DNA of 64,000 nt, taken from positions 2,112,001 to 2,176,000 of the forward strand of contig OZ219866.1 of assembly GCA_964291675.2 (NCBI GenBank), read 5' to 3'. Both the position numbers and the translations under genes were made by a program. The notes under the pieces were generated by a model. That model ran no database searches. It was given only the letters and a program-made list of their open reading frames with translations, and was not told where the DNA came from. Positions 58,510 through 64,000 of the stretch are shown piece by piece. Every line of letters starts with the position of its first letter. Position 1 is the first letter of the stretch. Source of the stretch: Alphaproteobacteria bacterium. Its GTDB lineage: Bacteria > Pseudomonadota > Alphaproteobacteria > MPNO01.

Positions 58510-59771
58510 GCGGGGCGGGCGTCGACCAAGCGCGCCTGTGGGCGGACCACGAGGCGCTCGCCCGGCTGACCGAGCCCGACCGGCCGTTCACGCGGCGCTC
58601 GTTCTCGCCGGTGTTCTCGGAGGGGCGTGCCTGGCTGGAGCGGCGCTTCCGCGATGCCGGGCTGAAGACGCGGACCGATGCGGGCGGCAATCTGATAGGC
58701 CGGCTGGAGGGAACGGACGCCGATGCCGGGACGCTGATGACCGGCTCGCACAGCGACACCGTGCCCCGGGGCGGACGGTTCGACGGCGTCTCGGGCGTGC
58801 TCGCCGGCATCGAGGTCGCGCGTTGCCTTTCCGCCCGCGGCCGTCCGTTGCGCCACGGCTTCGAGGTGGTCGACTTCCTCGCCGAGGAGGCGAGCGATTG
58901 CGGCGTCTCCTGCGTCGGCTCGCGGGCGATGACGGGGCACCTCGACGCGACCCTGCTGGCCCAGATTTTTCCCGACGGGCGCAGCCTCGCCCAGGCGCTC
59001 GAAGCCGTGGGCGGCGATCCGGCGGGACTCGCGGAGGCGGTGCGCGGCGACATAAGGGCGTTCCTGGAGCTGCATATCGAGCAGGGGCCGGTGCTGGAGA
59101 GCGCCGGCGCCGCGATCGGCGTGGTCGCCGCGATCGTCGGGATCGCGCGGGTCGAGATCGTCTTCGAGGGCAAGGCGGGCCATGCCGGCACGGTACCGAT
59201 GGACGGGCGCCGCGATGCCCTGGCCGCCGCCGCCGCGCTGGTCGGCCGGGTCAAGCGGAGCGCGAGCGAAATCGCCCGCGAGGTTTCGGGCCATTTCGTC
59301 GCCACAACCGGCGTGATCGAGGTCGAGCCCAACGCGCCCAACGTGGTACCGGCCAGGGCGCGGCTGGTGATCGATGCGCGCTCGGACGACAGGGCGCGCG
59401 TCGGGCGCTTCGTCGAGTCCCTGCGCACCGAAGCCGAAGCCGCCGCGGCGCGCCAGGGTGTGCGACTGGCCGCCTGCGGGCTGCTCTCGGAGAGCTTGCC
59501 GGTGACCTGCGACGCGCGTTTGCAGCAGGCGATCGCGCAAGCCGCCGACGGGCTCGGCCTCTCCTCGATGACCATGGCGAGCGGCGCCGGGCACGATACC
59601 TCGTTCCTCGCCCGGATCTGCCCGGCGGCCATGCTGTTCGTGCCCTGCCGCGACGGGCTCAGCCATCACGCCGACGAATGGGCCGAGCCGGCGGCCCTTG
59701 CCGCCGGCGCCCGGGTGCTGCTCGCAACCGTTGAAACGCTCGACCGCGGCGGACCCGATGCCGCGGCTTGA
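58506..59771 (+). CDS. M20-family Zn hydrolase (N-carbamoyl-amino acid / allantoate amidohydrolase)
   Basis: GSHSDTVP.GGRFDG, AEE, ELHIEQGP, GHAGT, SGAGHD, SH..DE. Confidence 0.92.
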   Translation: MSGAGVDQARLWADHEALARLTEPDRPFTRRSFSPVFSEGRAWLERRFRDAGLKTRTDAGGNLIGRLEGTDADAGTLMTGSHSDTVPRGGRFDGVSGVLAGIEVARCLSARGRPLRHGFEVVDFLAEEASDCGVSCVGSRAMTGHLDATLLAQIFPDGRSLAQALEAVGGDPAGLAEAVRGDIRAFLELHIEQGPVLESAGAAIGVVAAIVGIARVEIVFEGKAGHAGTVPMDGRRDALAAAAALVGRVKRSASEIAREVSGHFVATTGVIEVEPNAPNVVPARARLVIDARSDDRARVGRFVESLRTEAEAAAARQGVRLAACGLLSESLPVTCDARLQQAIAQAADGLGLSSMTMASGAGHDTSFLARICPAAMLFVPCRDGLSHHADEWAEPAALAAGARVLLATVETLDRGGPDAAA

Positions 59772-59845
59772 ACGCCTCGCGTTGACCGGCTTTTCGGTCC
59801 GGCCTATCGTCGATTTCACGCTGCCATAACAGCGGGAAACGATCG

Positions 59846-61552
59846 GTGGAAGAGGGTTTTTCGAGCACCGGTCACGCGAAAGACCCAGAGAGCTACGGGT
59901 TCGACCTCGGCATCTGGAAGAGGGACATCGCGACGGCCTCGCCGGAGGCGCAGGCGTGGTTCGATCTGGGTCTCAACTGGACCTACGCCTACAACCACGA
60001 AGAGGCGGTATCCTGTTTTCGCGAGGCGCTGCGGCACGACCCCGACTGCGCGATGGCCTGGTGGGGCATCGCCTATGCCGGCGGGCCGTTCTACAACCGT
60101 CCCTGGATCCGTTACACCGAGCGGGAGATCGCCGGGACATTGCCTCTGTGCCATGACGCGGCGAGAGAAGCGCGCCGCGCGCTGGACAGGGCGAATAACG
60201 ACAGTCCGGTCGAGCGCGCGCTCGTGGCGGCGATATCGCTTCGCTACCAGTCTCGAAGCGAGACCGGCCATCGCGTGCTGAACCGGTGGCACCGGGAGTT
60301 TGCCGCCGGGATGCGGAGGGTCTACGCCGCCAACCGAACCGACCCGGACGTTGCCGCCCTGTTCGCCGAGGCGGCGATCACCTGCACGCCCCGACAATTG
60401 TGGAACCTCGGGACGGGGCAGCCGAACCCGGATGCCCTGACCGGGGAAGCGATCGCGGTACTGGAGACGGCGATCGGGGAAATCGAGAGAACCGGGATCC
60501 GCCATCCCGGAATTCTGCACATGTATGTCCATGCGATGGAGATGTCGCCGTTTCCGGAACGCGCCCTGCGCGCCGCCGACATGCTGCGCGGGCTGGTGCC
60601 GGACGGCGGCCATATCGAGCATGTGGCGGCGCATATCTATGTGCTGTGCGGCGACTACGCGCAGGCGATGGAGCAGTGCCGCCGCGCCGTCCGCGTGGAC
60701 GACAAGTATCTGGGCGTCGCGGGCCCGTTCAATTTCTACACCACGGCGCGGTGTCACGACCTGCACCTCCATATGTACACCGCCATGTTTCTCGGCCACT
60801 ACGGCACGGCGGTCGGCGCCGCGAACCGCATCTGCGAGACGGCGACGCCAGAGCTGGTTGCCTCGAGCTACCCGTTCATGGCCGGCATCCTCGACGGCTA
60901 TTCGGCCATGCGGACCCATGTCTATGTCCGTTTCGGAAAATGGCGGGAGCTGATCGAGGACGAATTTCCGGAGTGCCCGGACCGGACTCCGATCCGGGTG
61001 GCCATGCATTACTACGGCAAGGGCGTGGCTTATGCGGCCCTGGGCGATATCGAGAACGCGGAGTCCGCCAGGGCCCGGTTCGACAGGCATCTTCAAACGA
61101 TTCCCGAAGACGCCATTTTCCTCAGCAACTCCGTGCGCGACATCCTGCTGGTCGGCCAGGCCATGCTGGAAGGGGAGCTGGAGTATCGAAAGCAAAACCA
61201 CGACCTTGCCTTCGCTGCGTTGCGCCTGGCCGTGGAACGGGACGACAATCTGAACTTTACCGAGCCGTGGGCGTGGATGCATCCGCCGCGCCACGCCCTG
61301 GGCGCATTGCTGCTGCAGCAGGGTCGGCTGGTCGAAGCCGAAGCGGTCTACAGATCGGATCTGGGCTACACCGGCGACATCGCGCGCTGCAGCCAGCATC
61401 CCGACAACGTGTGGGCGATCCACGGGCTGCTGGAGTGCGTGAGAGCAAACGGCGACTTGAACGAGGCGCGGCTGCTCGAACAGAAGCTGAGATTTGCGCA
61501 GGCGAGAACGGATGTTTCCATAGCGTCATCCTGCTACTGCCGAATACATTAG
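59846..61552 (+). CDS. TPR-repeat protein of unknown function
   Basis: AQAWFDLGL...YNHEEA, CAMAWWGIAYA.GP, HPG.LH.Y.H, EPW.WM.P.RHALG, HP.N.W. Confidence 0.8.
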   Translation: MEEGFSSTGHAKDPESYGFDLGIWKRDIATASPEAQAWFDLGLNWTYAYNHEEAVSCFREALRHDPDCAMAWWGIAYAGGPFYNRPWIRYTEREIAGTLPLCHDAAREARRALDRANNDSPVERALVAAISLRYQSRSETGHRVLNRWHREFAAGMRRVYAANRTDPDVAALFAEAAITCTPRQLWNLGTGQPNPDALTGEAIAVLETAIGEIERTGIRHPGILHMYVHAMEMSPFPERALRAADMLRGLVPDGGHIEHVAAHIYVLCGDYAQAMEQCRRAVRVDDKYLGVAGPFNFYTTARCHDLHLHMYTAMFLGHYGTAVGAANRICETATPELVASSYPFMAGILDGYSAMRTHVYVRFGKWRELIEDEFPECPDRTPIRVAMHYYGKGVAYAALGDIENAESARARFDRHLQTIPEDAIFLSNSVRDILLVGQAMLEGELEYRKQNHDLAFAALRLAVERDDNLNFTEPWAWMHPPRHALGALLLQQGRLVEAEAVYRSDLGYTGDIARCSQHPDNVWAIHGLLECVRANGDLNEARLLEQKLRFAQARTDVSIASSCYCRIH

Positions 61553-61636
61553 GACGGGAGCCGCCAACGAGGCTTGGATCCTGTGACTTGGGCAAAGCCG
61601 CGGCGGCGGATGCAACGGCGAGCTGCGGAACGGACG

Positions 61637-62899
61637 ATGGCGACGCCCCCGCAAACCGATCCGGCGAGCCTGATCGTCCGCAATGCGCGGGTCTTCGGCG
61701 CCGCATCGCCGGCCGACCTGGAGATCGCCGGCGGGCGTTTCGTCGCCGCCGGCACCGCCGACCCGGCGACGGCGGAGGCGATCGACGCGGACGGCCGGCT
61801 CTGCGTACCGGGCTTCGTCGAGCCCCACATCCACCTCGACAAGGCGCTCCTCGCCGGCAGCGTGCCGGCCAACCGCAGCGGATCGCTGGACGAGGCGATC
61901 CGCATTCTGGGCGACCGGAAGAGGAGCTTTTCCAGCGCCGAGATCGCCGACCGGGCCGGGCGCATCGTCCGCGACGCGCTCGCCAACGGCGTCACCCGCA
62001 TGCGCACCCATGTCGACATCGATTCGGGCTGCGGGCTGGTGGGCTTCGAGGCGATGCTGGCCGTGCGCGCGCGTTTCGCGGGTCTTGTCGAGCTGCAGAT
62101 CGTGGCCTTCCCGCAGCGGGGAATCCTCGGCGACCCGGGCACCGAGAGCCTGCTGCGCGCGGCGATGGAACGGGGCGCCGACGCGGTCGGCGGCATGCCG
62201 TTCAACGAGGCCGGTCCCGCGGCGAGCCGGGAGCATATCCGCATCGCCTTCGATATCGCGCGGGACCACGACGCCGACATCGACATGCATGTCGACGAGA
62301 CCGACGATGCGGGCGCGCGCACGCTGGAGATGCTGTGCGAGGCGACGGTGGCGAATGGCTGGCAGGGCCGGGTGACCGCGGGGCACGCCTGCGCGCTCGC
62401 CGGATACCCTGACGACTACGCCGCCCGCGTCATCGAGGCGGTCGCCGCGGCCGGCATCCACGTGATCTGCAACCCGGCGACCAATTTGATGCTGCAGGGC
62501 CGCGGCGACCCCCATCCCCGCCGGCGCGGCATCACGCGGGTCCGGGAGCTGCGCGAAGCGGGGGTCAATGTCGCCTTCGGCCAGGACAATCTGCGCGACA
62601 TGTTCTACCCGTTCGGGCGCGCCGACCCGCTCGAGATCGCGCTCCTGATGGCGCATGCGGCGCATATGGGCCAGCCCGACGAGATCGACGCGGTGCTGTT
62701 CATGGCGACGGAAGGCGCGGCCCGCGTGCTCGGCGCGACCGATTACGGCACCGCGCCGGGCTGCGCCGGCGACCTCGCGATCCTCGACGCGCGGTCCCCC
62801 GTCGAGGCGATCGCCCGCCAGGCGGACCGGCTGCACGTCATCCGCCGCGGCCGCGTCGTCGCCCGCACGGCGCGCACGCAGACCGTCGCCGCGCCGTGA
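61637..62899 (+). CDS. Cytosine/creatinine deaminase-like amidohydrolase (CodA family)
   Basis: PGFVEPHIHLDK, RTHVD, VAFPQ, DMHVDE, GHAC, NP.TN, GQD. Confidence 0.9.
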   Translation: MATPPQTDPASLIVRNARVFGAASPADLEIAGGRFVAAGTADPATAEAIDADGRLCVPGFVEPHIHLDKALLAGSVPANRSGSLDEAIRILGDRKRSFSSAEIADRAGRIVRDALANGVTRMRTHVDIDSGCGLVGFEAMLAVRARFAGLVELQIVAFPQRGILGDPGTESLLRAAMERGADAVGGMPFNEAGPAASREHIRIAFDIARDHDADIDMHVDETDDAGARTLEMLCEATVANGWQGRVTAGHACALAGYPDDYAARVIEAVAAAGIHVICNPATNLMLQGRGDPHPRRRGITRVRELREAGVNVAFGQDNLRDMFYPFGRADPLEIALLMAHAAHMGQPDEIDAVLFMATEGAARVLGATDYGTAPGCAGDLAILDARSPVEAIARQADRLHVIRRGRVVARTARTQTVAAP

Positions 62900-63101
62900 C
62901 CGCGCCGCCGGAATTCAGGCCGAGCATGAGGGAGAAATTTCCGCCGCCGACGTGCTCCACTCCCGGGACGCGGTGACGGGCTGGGAGACGGCCGCACCGA
63001 CCTGCCCCACCCCCGTCCGCCCAACGACGAGGTGCGGTCAGGGCCAAGCACGACAGCGGGCCAATAGACCCACCCGCGACAAGGGCGGTCGCGCCATTCG
63101 C

Positions 63102-63677
63102 CTACTCCGATACGTTCTCCGCCGACAGCTCGACCGCGTGCAGGAAAGAGCGGGCAGAGGAGCGCGGGCTCATCAACAGGAAGCTGTCCGCGCCGTCGCG
63201 CAGGACGATCGCCGCAAGATGCTCCATCGCGGTGCGCGCGACCCGGTCCACCGGAAAGGCCCGGTCGTCCAGATCGAGCGGACAGATCCGTTCGAGCGCG
63301 GCGCGCATGCCGGCGCCGGCGATTCGCAGCATGGCCCAGCTATCCGACTGGTCGGTCACGTAGGCGGCCGGACCGAGGGCGGCCTTGGCGGTGTCCGCCG
63401 CGCGGTCCGGGTCGGGTGGCGCGAACAGGATGAACACCTGGTCCGGCTGCATGCCGAGAATTCGTGCGGCATATTTGTTGCCGAGGCTGGACGCGCCGAT
63501 CTCCGGCCGCGCCGCGCCGAACCCGTCGGCGAGCGCGGCGGAGAAGGCCGCATCCTCGCCCCGGGGCACCGCCGCCGACACCAGGGCGAGCCCGGCGATC
63601 TCGGCGATGGCGACGGTGCCGATCGTCCTCTCGTAGCCGTCGAGCGGCGAACGGGATAGGAGCGAAGTCTCAGCCAC
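63102..63677 (-). CDS. soxG: Sarcosine oxidase subunit gamma
   Basis: TDQSDSW, LERICPLDL....F, ARTAMEH, RSSARSF; overlaps the soxA stop. Confidence 0.85.
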   Translation of the reverse strand: MAETSLLSRSPLDGYERTIGTVAIAEIAGLALVSAAVPRGEDAAFSAALADGFGAARPEIGASSLGNKYAARILGMQPDQVFILFAPPDPDRAADTAKAALGPAAYVTDQSDSWAMLRIAGAGMRAALERICPLDLDDRAFPVDRVARTAMEHLAAIVLRDGADSFLLMSPRSSARSFLHAVELSAENVSE

Positions 63678-64000
63678 GGAGCCGTTCCCCGTCCGGATCG
63701 TAGAATTGCGGCGAGACGATCTCGACCGGGAAATCGGTTCCGCGCATGGCGTCCCAGGCCCGGACCGTCTCGCCGATACGGGCCTTGCCGTTCTCGATGA
63801 AGCCGAGGCCGATCGACGTTCCAAGCATGGGCGAATAGGCGACCGACGCCATCCAACCCTGGTCGTTCGCGGCTTCCGGCGCCTCGCCATGCGCCAGGAA
63901 ATGGGCGCCGGCGGTGAGTTCCCGGCCGGGATCGACCGGCTTGAAGCCCATCATCTCCAGCCCGTCTTCGCGGTTCATCTTCGGCCGTTCGGAGAGCACG
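63670..64000 (-). CDS. soxA: Sarcosine oxidase subunit alpha, C-terminal part (runs off the window)
   Basis: AGAHF...QGW..S.AYSP.LG.SIGLGF, FYDPDGERLRG. Confidence 0.88.
   Translation of the reverse strand, partial: VLSERPKMNREDGLEMMGFKPVDPGRELTAGAHFLAHGEAPEAANDQGWMASVAYSPMLGTSIGLGFIENGKARIGETVRAWDAMRGTDFPVEIVSPQFYDPDGERLRG

Overview
High-GC alphaproteobacterial chromosome window; a Rhodospirillales-like lineage is inferred from the GcrA-type protein, the class A rnpB, CGTC-type REPs and many TRAP/TTT transporters. The left end holds a core djlA ... amiD-rnpB neighbourhood, with a REP/MITE cluster, a sugar-type ABC operon and a stand-alone GcrA C-terminal domain. A mobile-element accretion zone follows rnpB (about 8.4-21 kb). 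It contains an intact endonuclease-less group II intron inserted into one copy of a dispersed repeat, with EBS1/IBS1 pairing visible and unoccupied repeat copies at 47.6, 52.3 and 55.9 kb. It also holds a complete IS1634-family element, a methyltransferase/asparagine-synthase pair, IS1380 and IS21 remnants, two ICMT-family genes and a two-component system. From 21 to 63 kb there is a long run of catabolic and transport clusters whose substrates cannot be assigned from sequence. These include a MocR regulator frameshifted by a 25-bp duplication, an IlvD-MocD-PanB-MocE-TRAP cluster, an LLM-nitrilase-LigAB-RidA-ABC cluster, OCD/TctCBA, a divergent HutU, TRAP/UbiD, a toxin-antitoxin patch, hydantoinase/carbamoylase, TPR and CodA-like genes. 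The window ends in soxG/soxA. Several of these enzymes carry non-canonical active-site motifs. All family calls come from recognising motifs by eye; no database searches were run.
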